Below are positions 16,497 to 26,793 of a stretch of 64,000 bases of DNA, piece after piece. The translations under genes and the position numbers were made by a program. This DNA is from an archaeon. GTDB taxonomy: Archaea > Nanobdellota > Nanobdellia > Pacearchaeales > GW2011-AR1. The stretch is taken from the NCBI GenBank assembly GCA_043815245.1, contig JBDRJD010000014.1, positions 14,986 through 78,985 on the forward strand, read 5' to 3'. Below the pieces are notes generated by a model. The model saw nothing but the letters and a program-made list of their open reading frames with translations. It was not told the origin of the DNA and did not search any database. Position 1 is the first letter of the stretch; the number at the start of each line of letters is the position of its first letter.

Positions 16497-18215
16497 TTAG
16501 CTGTGCTTTTCGGTTTTAGGGTGTTCATGACCCTGCTTTTTTCTTTCTGTTAATGTTTGAATATGCTTATTTTTTTCCTTATCAAACTTTTTTATATCGA
16601 AACCAATCCTCTGAATCATTTCAGAAGCATACTGCCCTCCGAGAAAGTGGGGGGTAAGCACATAGGAAGCACCGGCAGCATAAAGATTAAGAGACTCCTC
16701 AATTTGATGCGCCATCACCATTATAATTGAATTTTGATTTTTCTCTCTAACTTTATTTACGATTAGCATATTTGTATCTTGATTAGGAATTGTAGAGAGG
16801 ATCATCTTTGCCTTGTCTAAATTAATCTCCTTCAAGAATTCTACATCTTCTGCATCCCCATATACGCAGGGGATATTATTATCTACAAGCTTCCTAACCG
16901 TCTCAGGATTGAAATCGACGACTATGTATTTTTTATTTATTTTGTCTAGGGCGCCTAGCAGATTAAACCCTATTCGATTGTAACCGAAAAGGATTACTTC
17001 GTATTTTTGTTTAGCCAGATCTTTTTCCCGTAAAGTGCGTTTTCGCTCAAATAAGGAAAGGGGACTTGAAAGGAGAGGGTATATCTTCCTGGAGTAATTA
17101 ATAAGGTAGGTAGAGGAGATTGTAGTAAAAACAAATACAAGTGTCATCAGGGGAAGGATGTCATATGGTTCAGAGGAAAAGTTACTTAGGACGACTGGAA
17201 GGGAGATAAGAATTATAGAAAATTCAGAAATTTGGCCTAAGCTAATCCCTGTCAGAAAACTACTTCGCTTTTTGTAGCCTAATAACCCCATGGGTAGCAG
17301 AATTATTAATAGCTTGAATAGAAATACAAAAAAAGAGAAGATTAGTGCGGGAACAATCAATTGAGAAAGATTACCCAGTGGTATCTGTAGGCCTATAACA
17401 ATAAAGAAGATGATAATAAAAAAGTCGCGTAGGGGCCTGACTCTTGAAGATATTTCAAAGTGGTAGGGGGACATTGAGAGAGTTATTCCAGCTAGTAGGG
17501 CTCCAATTTCAATAGACTCAAATAAATAAAAGAATAGTGAAGCAAGCATAAAACACCATCCAACTGAAAATAAAAAGAGTAGCTCTTGGTTTTTTGCAAC
17601 AAACTTAGTTATGCCTGGAAGTATGTAAACACTTGCAAAAAACAAACCCAATAGTGTGATTATCCCATAAATAATTGAATTAGGAAGAGGTACATGGCTG
17701 GTACCATAGATTGTTGATACAATCATTAAGATAATAATGACTACTAAATCTTGAAGTATGAGGACTCCTGTTGAAATCTTACCATACATACTTTCTAAGT
17801 CCCCTTTGTCATGAAGAAGTTTCATAACAATTATTGTACTACTAAAAATTAGGGCAATCCCAATATAAGTAGAAGCCAAAAAAGAGAATCCTAAATAATA
17901 AGCAACTAAAAAACCAACTAAAGCGGTACATAGCATCTGTACAAAGGCCACGACAAATGATGCAAAACCAACCTCCTTAAATGAATTGGGGTCAAGGTGC
18001 AATCCTACAATAAATAAAAGGAATGCTACTCCAATATGTGAAAAAGTTAGGACAACTTCACTTTGTGAGATAATTTGTAAAAAGAATGGGCTAATTAATA
18101 TTCCGGTAAGAATATAACCTATTATCGCGGGCTGCTTTAATAATCTCATTAAGAAAGAGATTACAAGGGCGGTTACTAAAACTAAACTCAAGTGGAAAAA
18201 TATATCCTGTACCAT
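16497..18215 (-). CDS. CPA2 (Kef-type) cation/H+ antiporter with TrkA-N domain
   Basis: FSSTIIVMKLL, ILQD, GQISEFS, GYNRIG. Confidence 0.93.
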   Translation of the reverse strand: MVQDIFFHLSLVLVTALVISFLMRLLKQPAIIGYILTGILISPFFLQIISQSEVVLTFSHIGVAFLLFIVGLHLDPNSFKEVGFASFVVAFVQMLCTALVGFLVAYYLGFSFLASTYIGIALIFSSTIIVMKLLHDKGDLESMYGKISTGVLILQDLVVIIILMIVSTIYGTSHVPLPNSIIYGIITLLGLFFASVYILPGITKFVAKNQELLFLFSVGWCFMLASLFFYLFESIEIGALLAGITLSMSPYHFEISSRVRPLRDFFIIIFFIVIGLQIPLGNLSQLIVPALIFSFFVFLFKLLIILLPMGLLGYKKRSSFLTGISLGQISEFSIILISLPVVLSNFSSEPYDILPLMTLVFVFTTISSTYLINYSRKIYPLLSSPLSLFERKRTLREKDLAKQKYEVILFGYNRIGFNLLGALDKINKKYIVVDFNPETVRKLVDNNIPCVYGDAEDVEFLKEINLDKAKMILSTIPNQDTNMLIVNKVREKNQNSIIMVMAHQIEESLNLYAAGASYVLTPHFLGGQYASEMIQRIGFDIKKFDKEKNKHIQTLTERKKQGHEHPKTEKHS

Positions 18216-18264
18216 CTTTTATTTTACCAATTTAAAAACTAATTGTGCTTTAAATAGGTTTTCC

Positions 18265-19122
18265 TTAGAATAAAATTGGGGTGATAAACACCTCTATTAG
18301 TGCTGCAAGAAACAAAATGACTACTGCAATTATTATTAGGTTAAGGGCATCTTGAAGGATATTCCAGAAGTATTCACTTCTGGTATCATGCTTTATAACT
18401 GCTACACTAACTATCCCGCCTGCAAGAGCTCCAATAAAGTAGGCTGCAATCTCAGGAAGGCCGTGAATCATGTATCTTGCGAGACCTATGGGCAAACTTG
18501 CAAGTGAGGACCTCGTAAATATGCCTATTGCCGCAGCAATTACACTTGCGTTCCATGCCAGCACAAAAATAGCTCCTGCACCAAATATGAGTGAGAATAC
18601 TAAGGTAAAGATTAACACATAAACATTATTTGCAAATATCATAAACAATTTTTCCTTAGCAGTTAGGAAAGCGGTAGTTCTTGATACTCCCTTCACCCCA
18701 TATTCTGCAACACACTCATTAAAATTTGCTGGCCTATTGATAACACAGTAAGTTTCAATCTGTGCTCTAAAGTTTTGATTTGAAGCAAGAACTATATACC
18801 AAAAGGAAAAGGCGACTATAAAACCGATAAAAAGCCACATTAAAATATGTAAGGCCTTGCTGTGCTCTTTTAGTATTCTGAGAAATCCAGAGTACTCGAG
18901 ATTTTTTTCTTCTTCGTTCTTTAAAACAGCATATACAAACGGTAGAGAGAACATAACAGTGAAGGTTACAATTATCATTCCCGAGTACTTTGCAAGAACA
19001 GCATCTTGACCAAAAATCCAGTTTACCAGGAGTACTGCAAGGGAAGCATAAAATAGTCCTACGAAAAACATTTCCCATGGCTCTCTCTCTGCCTTCTTTG
19101 GGCTCAAAAGCATCTCTAACAT
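18265..19122 (-). CDS. SpoIIM/DUF95-family membrane protein
   Basis: IFANN, HGLPEIAAY and AALIEVFITP motifs. Confidence 0.85.
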   Translation of the reverse strand: MLEMLLSPKKAEREPWEMFFVGLFYASLAVLLVNWIFGQDAVLAKYSGMIIVTFTVMFSLPFVYAVLKNEEEKNLEYSGFLRILKEHSKALHILMWLFIGFIVAFSFWYIVLASNQNFRAQIETYCVINRPANFNECVAEYGVKGVSRTTAFLTAKEKLFMIFANNVYVLIFTLVFSLIFGAGAIFVLAWNASVIAAAIGIFTRSSLASLPIGLARYMIHGLPEIAAYFIGALAGGIVSVAVIKHDTRSEYFWNILQDALNLIIIAVVILFLAALIEVFITPILF

Positions 19123-19191
19123 GCTCCAAGTAAGAAAAGCACATATTTAAACTTTAGTAAGTTTTTTATACACTAAAACATTATTTTGAAT

Positions 19192-19920
19192 ATGGGAAAA
19201 GAGGTAGCGATACTTATTGTACTTGTGATAGTTGTAATAGGGGTAGTACAATATTTTGTTTTATTTGGAAATGGGGAGGATGCTCCAACAATTAATCAGA
19301 GTGGGGGGGAGGAAATTCAAGTTTGGGATGTCAATTTGAGTGTTGAGGAAAATCAGACCGGAGCTGTAAACCAAACTGGGGGATCTAACCAGACACCCGA
19401 GTCTAATCAGACACTCCAAGAAGAAAGCGAGGTAATAGAAATAAGATACTTTTCCCTTTATCCGGGAGAGGGGAGCTATGAATACTTTATTATAAATAAC
19501 TCTGGGAAGTTTGTAGGAATAACTAGCAAACCTGCAAGAGTATCGGGGGGATCTGCGCCAAAAAAAGTATATAATATAACTTTTGATGAGCTTTGGAATT
19601 TATACCAGAGAATAGGGGGCAGAGGATTTTGGACATTGGATACTGAATATTGGCCTTCTTGGAATTCTAGTTATTCATTTGGGAATAGTTCTTTAATTAG
19701 TGTTAGGGGGGAAGGAGATTACAAGGAAGTGGATGTATTTGATGGTTTAGGGCCCGGAAGGTATTATGAGGTGGTTACTGAGATAATGGCAGAGTTTCCA
19801 ATGGAAGTAGACTGTGCATTAGAGCACAACGATGATTTCCCAAACGATAATCTAGATAATGCTCCTTGCCCTGATAACTGGTATTACTTTAGGTATAGAG
19901 GATATTGTGTTTGTCTTTAA
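19192..19920 (+). CDS. Membrane-anchored exported protein with NQT-repeat linker
   Basis: N-terminal TM, NQTGAVNQTGGSNQTPESNQT, Cys-rich C-terminus. Confidence 0.7.
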   Translation: MGKEVAILIVLVIVVIGVVQYFVLFGNGEDAPTINQSGGEEIQVWDVNLSVEENQTGAVNQTGGSNQTPESNQTLQEESEVIEIRYFSLYPGEGSYEYFIINNSGKFVGITSKPARVSGGSAPKKVYNITFDELWNLYQRIGGRGFWTLDTEYWPSWNSSYSFGNSSLISVRGEGDYKEVDVFDGLGPGRYYEVVTEIMAEFPMEVDCALEHNDDFPNDNLDNAPCPDNWYYFRYRGYCVCL

Positions 19921-19921
19921 A

Positions 19922-20731
19922 ATGAATAAACAAATGATTTTTGATGGGATTTGCAGAGATATTAAAAATGTGAAGATTCAGGGTGCAAGGAATATTGCTA
20001 AAAGGGCTCTTTATGCTTATAACTTGGTTCCTACAAAAGCAAGTAAAAAAAAGCTTATTTCACTTAGGCCTACAGAACCGATGTTAGAAAATGTTTTAGA
20101 TTTGGCTGAAAAAAAAGAGTATAGAGAAGTAAAGAAACATTTCGATTTTGCACAATCAAAAATAAATAATTATTTTTTAAAGTTAATAAGAAAGAATGAA
20201 ATTATTTTTACACATTGCCATTCTACAAACGTGATTAATGCGCTGGTTTATGCAAAGAAGAGGGGTAAGAGTTTCCAAGTGTATAATACTGAGACTAGAC
20301 CTTTACTCCAAGGTAGAAAAACGGCAAAAGAATTAAGAAAAGAGGGAATAAAAGTAACTATGTTTGTTGATTCTGCTATAGGGATCGCCTTAAGTGGAGA
20401 ACAAGGACTAAAAAAAGTTGACAAAGTCTTCCTAGGAGCAGATGCTATTTTACGAAAAGGTGCAATCAACAAAGTTGGAAGCGAGGTCATAGCTCAAGTT
20501 GCAAAAAACCAAAAAATTCCAGTTTACGTGGTGGCTGATTCATGGAAGTTCACTAAAAGAAAAGTTCCAATTGAGCAGAGAAAGTTGAATGAAGTGTGGG
20601 ATCTTGCCCCAAAAAGTGTAAAGATAAAAAACCCCGCCTTTGAATTTGTAGATAAGAAATACATTAAGAGCATTGTATCAGAGCTAGGTGTGCTAAGCTA
20701 CTCTAATTTCTTAAGTAAGGTTACTTCTTAG
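19922..20731 (+). CDS. Ribose-1,5-bisphosphate isomerase (eIF2B-like family)
   Basis: IQGA, RPTEPM, THCHS, TETRP, LGADA and NPAFE motifs. Confidence 0.85.
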   Translation: MNKQMIFDGICRDIKNVKIQGARNIAKRALYAYNLVPTKASKKKLISLRPTEPMLENVLDLAEKKEYREVKKHFDFAQSKINNYFLKLIRKNEIIFTHCHSTNVINALVYAKKRGKSFQVYNTETRPLLQGRKTAKELRKEGIKVTMFVDSAIGIALSGEQGLKKVDKVFLGADAILRKGAINKVGSEVIAQVAKNQKIPVYVVADSWKFTKRKVPIEQRKLNEVWDLAPKSVKIKNPAFEFVDKKYIKSIVSELGVLSYSNFLSKVTS

Positions 20732-21101
20732 CTGTTTGAGCTTTTTCTATTAGCTTTAGGAGCTCTGAATTCACTTTTTCAATTTCATTGAAAAGCTCAA
20801 CTCTTAAATTCCCCAATTTATTAACTTGATCTAAAACTATCTCTTTAGCTTCTTCTGGAGTTTTTTTAACTATTACCCCTGAGCCTATGTTAACAAATAA
20901 CTTTTTATCTTTAACTTCAGATTTAACAAAAACTCCCCGCCCTAATGGGGCGAGCATTTCTCCCTCTCCTTTAAACTTATCTAAATTCAAAGAAAAAATC
21001 TGCAATTCATTAATCTGCTGTTCAACTAGATTAATTTGCTTCTCAATCTCTTGGGATTGTTGTTCTAGGAGGCTTAATTGTAGGATATAGTTTTCTTCCA
21101 T
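20721..21101 (-). CDS. pfdA: Prefoldin alpha subunit
   Basis: LAPLGRGVFV...VNIGSGVIVKKT. Confidence 0.93.
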   Translation of the reverse strand: MEENYILQLSLLEQQSQEIEKQINLVEQQINELQIFSLNLDKFKGEGEMLAPLGRGVFVKSEVKDKKLFVNIGSGVIVKKTPEEAKEIVLDQVNKLGNLRVELFNEIEKVNSELLKLIEKAQTAKK

Positions 21102-21102
21102 T

Positions 21103-21651
21103 TTAAACTACTTTTAAAATTTTTCTTAAAAGGCTATTAAATATTATAGATGCGATAATATAAAACCATAGCCAGTGTAAAAATCCGAAGAATTTTGGAT
21201 TTCCGGCTGCATTAAAAAAGTCATGGAACCATCTAAAGAAGAGTATCAGAGGGATACTAGTAAATATGAGGGGACGCATAGTAAGTTGCATAGTTTTTGG
21301 AATTATTTCTAACTGCTTTTTTTGAATTTCGAGTAACTTTTCTGGATGACTTTTATACTTCTTCATTTCTTCTTGAAGGAGTTTTTGTTCTTTTTTTAGC
21401 TCGCGAAGGGTTTCCTGGTCAGTAGTGTACTTTTGAAATAAAACTATTACTAAAGCAATAATAAAAATAATTATCAACATGCCAATAGTGAGGTCCCACT
21501 CCAGAAGAATACCTACACTGGGATCAAGAGCTAAATGTGCAGTTTCCTTAATAATGGAAAAGTTGTTCCATAAGGAAGCTATAGCCAAGGATACAATCAT
21601 AATGATAAAAATGAGCTTGAAACTTCCTTCTTTTCCTTCTTTGTTCATCAT
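21103..21651 (-). CDS. DUF106 / EMC3-TMCO1 (Oxa1 superfamily) insertase
   Basis: TM, coiled coil, MRPLIFTSIP, WLWFYII; follows secY. Confidence 0.88.
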   Translation of the reverse strand: MMNKEGKEGSFKLIFIIMIVSLAIASLWNNFSIIKETAHLALDPSVGILLEWDLTIGMLIIIFIIALVIVLFQKYTTDQETLRELKKEQKLLQEEMKKYKSHPEKLLEIQKKQLEIIPKTMQLTMRPLIFTSIPLILFFRWFHDFFNAAGNPKFFGFLHWLWFYIIASIIFNSLLRKILKVV

Positions 21652-23042
21652 GCCATCACCTTCTTCAGAGCAGGGTGCATGTCTACGGCGTGCTGCTGAG
21701 CTATATTTTGGTAAAATTGATAGGATATCATCACTGCAAGTAAAATGGCGGTGCCACTTGTTAATGCCCCGAATAAGTCGGCTGCAGCTGCAAGTAATCC
21801 TATGGCGGCGCCGCCCATAATTGTAAGGGGCAAGATATATCTTGAAAGTACAGACTCCAGTATTCTTTCGTCTTTTCTAAATCCTGGAATTTGTAAACCA
21901 GATGACATAATATTATGTGCTTGAGAAGAAGCATCCATCCCAGAAGTCTTAACCCAGAAAATAGCAAAAACAGTTGAGAAAACCATGTAAAAAAGTATAT
22001 GGAAAATTCCTTGGAGTAACATTCTGGCTTGTAAGCTACCTGTTATAGCAGATTCAACTAGATTAGAATTTCCAATCCAGTAGGCAAATCCTGCAATAGG
22101 AGTTCCTTGAGAGAAAGTACCAAGAAAAGTTGCATGGCCAAGCCAGTTTTCTAAAAGGCCTGCAAAAAGTTGAAGGTTAGCTGAAAGAGCGGCTACTAAA
22201 ATTACAGGAATAACAGAAGCATAAAAAAATGCTAAAGGCCATTTTAAGCCGTATCCCCTTAGTCTATCGAAGCTTAATGGGACCTCTACTTTTAAACTCT
22301 GGGCCCATACAACAACTGCGAATATGATTACTGTGACTAAAATTACTGCAAAAGCTTTTAGTGCTTCTGTAGGTGCATTATTTACTACACTTTGTATAAT
22401 CACTAAGATCTTTCCTGCACAAGCGATACTTCCTTCTCCTGAGAATTTAAGGAGGCAGTTTCCGCCTTGCACCCCTATAAACTGGAAGAGACCTGTGAAT
22501 AATCTCCATCCTACTCCTGCAAGAATAAACAAGCTTACACCAGAACCAAAACCCCATTTAGTAGTTAACTCATCCATAAACACAATTGCGAGGCCGCCTA
22601 AAACCAGTTGGAAGATAACAATACCAGTAAAACCAGGCATGGCTTGTAACCCTCTCATTAAAACATATACTGCTGCCTCAAATAAAATAAAGAAGAATAC
22701 CATCAGCTTTTGTAAGCTTTGAAAGTATTTTTTACCTTCACTGGAGGTTAGATCAATATCTAAAATCTTACTTCCAACTAACAACTGAAGTATAATCGAG
22801 GCCATAACGATTGGGCCTATACCTAAGGAAATGATACTACCAAAGTCTGTTCCAAGAATAATCGCTAAGTACTGGAACCTTTCCAAAGTATTGGCCGCTA
22901 ATCCATAAAGGGGGATATTAGCAAGAATAAAAAAAGCGACTAGAGTTATAAGAGTCCACTTAAGCTTTACATTAAAGCTTAGCTTTTTTTCAGTGGGCCC
23001 CTTTACTTCAGGGAGATTGTGTAATATATCCTTAATAGGCAT
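21648..23042 (-). CDS. secY: Protein translocase SecY
   Basis: LGIGPIV, GSGVSLFI, QIPGFR, GTAILL. Confidence 0.98.
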   Translation of the reverse strand: MPIKDILHNLPEVKGPTEKKLSFNVKLKWTLITLVAFFILANIPLYGLAANTLERFQYLAIILGTDFGSIISLGIGPIVMASIILQLLVGSKILDIDLTSSEGKKYFQSLQKLMVFFFILFEAAVYVLMRGLQAMPGFTGIVIFQLVLGGLAIVFMDELTTKWGFGSGVSLFILAGVGWRLFTGLFQFIGVQGGNCLLKFSGEGSIACAGKILVIIQSVVNNAPTEALKAFAVILVTVIIFAVVVWAQSLKVEVPLSFDRLRGYGLKWPLAFFYASVIPVILVAALSANLQLFAGLLENWLGHATFLGTFSQGTPIAGFAYWIGNSNLVESAITGSLQARMLLQGIFHILFYMVFSTVFAIFWVKTSGMDASSQAHNIMSSGLQIPGFRKDERILESVLSRYILPLTIMGGAAIGLLAAAADLFGALTSGTAILLAVMISYQFYQNIAQQHAVDMHPALKKVMA

Positions 23043-23043
23043 T

Positions 23044-23457
23044 TTATTTTACTAGAGTTATTTTGGCGCCAGCTTTTTCAATTTTTTGAATAGCTGATTT
23101 TGAAGCTGCCGAAGCAGTTATAGTAATTTTTTGCTTAATTTCCCCAGTTCCAAGTACCTTGTAACCCTTTAAGTTAACTTCAGTTGCACCTTTTTTTAAA
23201 TTTCCTTGAATTTGTTGAAGATTAATTGACTTAAACTGTTTTTTTCTAGCTTCTCTTTTTCTGATTTTAGAAGCTTTCTTACCAAAGTAAGGATATTCAT
23301 ATTTAAGAACATATGTTTTCTTTTGATCTCCTCTCTTGCCGGTGCCAGCCATGCCCTTACCCCCATGGCTCCCTTTACCCTTATGTTTTTTCTCAGAGTA
23401 TCCGTGCAATCTTGTCCCACGCATTCTTTTTGCTTTCTTTTTCTTTTTAAGTTTCAT
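23044..23457 (-). CDS. rpl15: uL15
   Basis: RG..HG...GGKGMAG, YFGK, KVLGTG. Confidence 0.95.
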   Translation of the reverse strand: MKLKKKKKAKRMRGTRLHGYSEKKHKGKGSHGGKGMAGTGKRGDQKKTYVLKYEYPYFGKKASKIRKREARKKQFKSINLQQIQGNLKKGATEVNLKGYKVLGTGEIKQKITITASAASKSAIQKIEKAGAKITLVK

Positions 23458-23458
23458 C

Positions 23459-23881
23459 TTATAACATCCTTTCAATTAATTTATTTATCTCTTTATTTTC
23501 ACCTAAGACGCCTTTTGGGTAGTGGAGCTTACTCTTTATCCCTCCCCGGGGCGGATGAAGTCTAAAAAATGGTTTGAGGTTGTAGGTTTGCATTTTTTTG
23601 TCAACTTTAGCATTAAAGATCTCTTCAGAAAGCTTCTCAAAATCTACTTTCTTTTTTTTGTCAATGATCACTCCTCTCTTCTCCAGTAATTTTTTGAGAG
23701 TAGATTTATCAATCTTGCCATAAGAGACAAAGTCTCTTATCATCTTTAGCATCCCTAGAGTTTCTGGTTTTTCGTGTAAGATAACGCAAGTATATTTGTG
23801 TCTAAGTCTAAGTCTATAGAGTGTGTTCTTAACTTCTTCAGGAATTTTCACCCTTCCTCTAATCCTTATTATTGCAATCAT
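23459..23881 (-). CDS. rpl30: uL30
   Basis: AIIRIRG, FRLHPPRGG. Confidence 0.96.
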   Translation of the reverse strand: MIAIIRIRGRVKIPEEVKNTLYRLRLRHKYTCVILHEKPETLGMLKMIRDFVSYGKIDKSTLKKLLEKRGVIIDKKKKVDFEKLSEEIFNAKVDKKMQTYNLKPFFRLHPPRGGIKSKLHYPKGVLGENKEINKLIERML

Positions 23882-24585
23882 TTTATAAACTCATTAGTTT
23901 TCTTTAAAGCTTCCATTGTGGCTTTAGCCAAGTTTATGGTTGTTTTTGTCTGTCCAAAAGTTTTTCCGTATACATCTTTTATCCCTGCAAGCTTTAAGAT
24001 TTTTTTTACTTCGTCCCCCACAACTAAGCCAGTTCCTTGAGGGGCAGGTTTAAGAATTATTTTTGAGCTGCCACACTTTCCGCCAACTTCAAATGGAACG
24101 CTGTGAGGTTCACTACAAGAACAATCAAAGCTCCCGCAACCACGTTGGATTTTGATGATCCCTAATTTAGCATTTCTAAGGGCCTTATTTCTTGAAGGGA
24201 GGGTCTCTTTGGATTTTCCGTAGCCCAACCCCACATGGCCACTTTCATCCCCTACCACCGCCATTGAGGCAAATGTTGGCACATTGCCTTCTGCAGTTTT
24301 CTTCTGCGTCTGGCGCCAGATTCTCCTTTTTCCTCCGCCAAACTTGCCTTTAGCTTGTCCAATAAAGAGGAGCTCTGATTTTAGTTTTATAAGCGAGTCT
24401 ACGATTTCTGCCTCTAGTATTTTATAATTACCTATGACATAATCTATATCTGTAACTTTTTTCTCCTTCACAAGCTTGCCAATTTTAGTTTTTGGTTGCC
24501 AAGAAGCAATTTGGTCTTTCTGCCTTTCTTCTTCTTTCTTTTTCCTAGACTCTTCTCTCATCTTTCTTTTTTCTCTTTCATTCAT
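23878..24585 (-). CDS. rps5: uS5
   Basis: WQPKTKIG, GCGSFDC, PAPQGTGL. Confidence 0.97.
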   Translation of the reverse strand: MNEREKRKMREESRKKKEEERQKDQIASWQPKTKIGKLVKEKKVTDIDYVIGNYKILEAEIVDSLIKLKSELLFIGQAKGKFGGGKRRIWRQTQKKTAEGNVPTFASMAVVGDESGHVGLGYGKSKETLPSRNKALRNAKLGIIKIQRGCGSFDCSCSEPHSVPFEVGGKCGSSKIILKPAPQGTGLVVGDEVKKILKLAGIKDVYGKTFGQTKTTINLAKATMEALKKTNEFIK

Positions 24586-25075
24586 TTTTAATCTTCTCCT
24601 TTATTTTATTAAACTCGCTTGAGACGCCTTTCTTGAGGTGCTTCCCTAGAATTCTTTCTTCTGGAGGGAACTTCTCCTTATCACACCTAAGGTTTAACCC
24701 TCCATCTACAATTCCGTTTAGAAACGCAAAGACTCTGGACTTTTGGATATTTCTTATCAAACCAAGGTCAAATATGGCTTCAACCTCTCCATGCTTTTCT
24801 TTTATTTTTTTACTCAAAAGAAATCCGGTAAGATAACAAGCAGGAATAGATTTTAAGCTTCCTTTAGCCTCACTGGGCCACCCATAGGAGAGCAAGTCCT
24901 TAGAGGTCACGGACATGAGGACTGAATCCTGGGCGTTTTTGCTCTGGACATACTGGCCGTTAACATAGAGATTAGATTTTCTAAAAACTATTCTTGGAAG
25001 GGGAGATTTTAGTAAGTTGAGCCTAGCCCTATAATCTGTTTTACTTTCTCTCCTTCTTCTTTTGGTTACTCTCAT
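24578..25075 (-). CDS. rpl18: uL18
   Basis: RRRRESKTDYRARL, PACYLTG. Confidence 0.96.
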   Translation of the reverse strand: MRVTKRRRRESKTDYRARLNLLKSPLPRIVFRKSNLYVNGQYVQSKNAQDSVLMSVTSKDLLSYGWPSEAKGSLKSIPACYLTGFLLSKKIKEKHGEVEAIFDLGLIRNIQKSRVFAFLNGIVDGGLNLRCDKEKFPPEERILGKHLKKGVSSEFNKIKEKIKNE

Positions 25076-25473
25076 TTTGACTTCATTACCTCCCTTAGAT
25101 GAGATTTGCTTCTAAATTGTTTGGATTTTATTTTTTTCCTAATTTCTGAAAGTTCTTCCTTACTTAACTTTCCTTGTTTTCTAAGCTCAGAAGAATAATT
25201 TCTTAACTTCCTAGTAAGTTTAACATAATCTTGCTTTTTTTTGTTTACTTTCTTTTTGATTTTTCCATCTCTTATTTTAGTTTTTCGCTTTTTATTTTTT
25301 AACCTTCCTTTTTTCTCCCTTATTTTGATAGCCCCAGACTTTTTTAAATCACGAATATCCTGGGCAGTAATTGCTTCTTTTATTTCTTCTAAACGTGAAA
25401 TATCTAAAATTACTCTTTTCAAACCCACATTAAGTACACTTGCAGCAAGCTCTTTCTTCTTTTTTAAATTCAT
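25072..25473 (-). CDS. rpl19e: eL19
   Basis: KELAASVLNVG...AITAQDIR; spc operon position. Confidence 0.93.
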   Translation of the reverse strand: MNLKKKKELAASVLNVGLKRVILDISRLEEIKEAITAQDIRDLKKSGAIKIREKKGRLKNKKRKTKIRDGKIKKKVNKKKQDYVKLTRKLRNYSSELRKQGKLSKEELSEIRKKIKSKQFRSKSHLREVMKSK

Positions 25474-25880
25474 TTCTTTTCCTCCTTCTTAACATCCTTA
25501 TTAGATTTTTTGTCTTTGATAGTTGAATCTTTCTTTTTGTTTTCTTCCTTTAATATTCTTTTAATATTTAAGTTCTGAATAATAAAGTTTTTTTGGGTTG
25601 CGATTCTAGCAATCTCAATTTTCTTCTTTTTACCCATTTTCCCCAGGTTCACCACTTGGCCCTTATTTATCTTCTGAGCCTCTGCTAAAGTTCGGATGGT
25701 TATTCTTTTCTCATTTGAATTTTTATTTTTATGCCCAATTGAAACTATTCCTGACTTCCCTCGGACCTTCTCACGCATCTTATTATCCCTCCCCTTTGGT
25801 TTTCTCCACTTCTGCATTTTTTTCCTACCTTTACCCAGTCTTGCATAATTTTTCCAGTTTCTTCTTAAAAACTTCTTCAT
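25470..25880 (-). CDS. rpl32e: eL32
   Basis: FLR...WRKPKGRDNKMR. Confidence 0.93.
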   Translation of the reverse strand: MKKFLRRNWKNYARLGKGRKKMQKWRKPKGRDNKMREKVRGKSGIVSIGHKNKNSNEKRITIRTLAEAQKINKGQVVNLGKMGKKKKIEIARIATQKNFIIQNLNIKRILKEENKKKDSTIKDKKSNKDVKKEEKK

Positions 25881-26416
25881 TATAACTTCCTCCCGGGTTT
25901 TTCTGTAATAAATATCCCATCCTGGAAGATTCTCCTGTCCCTTCCTGTAACCCTTGTGGCTGTTTCTATATTTGCTGCTGTTTGTCCAGCTGGTTCTATG
26001 TTATTCGAGGATACTGTAATATTTTCATTCTCGACTTTTACTTCTACCCCTTCAATTATTTTTGCTTTTCTTGGAGTGGCTTCACCTAAGAAGTTTTTAA
26101 TTATAAAATTCGGTCCTTCAACTGTGGCAGTAATTGGAAAATGAACAGAACAAATCTTCAACTTGTAAACAAACTTTTCTGTAAGTCCTCGGACCATATT
26201 TTTTATATGCGCTTTAAAGGTCATAATGAGTTTTTTCTCTCTTTTTGTACCCTTCTCAGTGTACAAGATTAATTTTCCATTATTCCTTTTTATGGAGATG
26301 CCTTCAAATTTTCTTACAGCCTTATTCCCTTCTTTCTCGATAGTTATTTGGCCACCTTCAATTGAGACATTCACGCCTTCGGGAATTTCAAGTTCTTCAG
26401 TGATTTTGTGTTTCAT
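25880..26416 (-). CDS. rpl6: uL6
   Basis: HFPI, NFLGE, DRRIFQDGIFI. Confidence 0.97.
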   Translation of the reverse strand: MKHKITEELEIPEGVNVSIEGGQITIEKEGNKAVRKFEGISIKRNNGKLILYTEKGTKREKKLIMTFKAHIKNMVRGLTEKFVYKLKICSVHFPITATVEGPNFIIKNFLGEATPRKAKIIEGVEVKVENENITVSSNNIEPAGQTAANIETATRVTGRDRRIFQDGIFITEKPGRKL

Positions 26417-26417
26417 T

Positions 26418-26792
26418 TTAGTAAAAGTAAGCGATTAAGCTCCCTCCAAGATTTTTTTCATAAGCTTTTTGATGGACCATCAAACCCTGACTTGTAGAAA
26501 TAATAATAACTCCGAAATTTCTTGAGGGAAGGTATCTTCTAATATATTTATCAATCCCTTCTATCTTAACATTAAACCTTGGTTTGATCGCCTTACAGAA
26601 ATTAATCTTAGTAAAATCAATCCTTAAATTTGTCTGTTTGGTTTCAAAACTATCTATGTACCCTTCTTTTTTTGCAACTTCAAGTACCTTGAGAAGTAGT
26701 TTTGAATGCCTATTAACAGTTACTGAGTTCCTTCCTGCCTTTTTAGCATTCATTATTTGATTCAAAGCGTCTGCAACAATATCTTGACTCAT
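26418..26792 (-). CDS. rps8: uS8
   Basis: MSQDIVADAL, IKPRF, STSQG; start moved to 26792. Confidence 0.97.
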   Translation of the reverse strand: MSQDIVADALNQIMNAKKAGRNSVTVNRHSKLLLKVLEVAKKEGYIDSFETKQTNLRIDFTKINFCKAIKPRFNVKIEGIDKYIRRYLPSRNFGVIIISTSQGLMVHQKAYEKNLGGSLIAYFY

Positions 26793-26793
26793 T

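Noticed and set aside
19922..20731. Annotation as translation factor aIF-2B subunit
   Set aside because: THCHS/GAD catalytic residues plus AMP phosphorylase in the window favour R15P isomerase.
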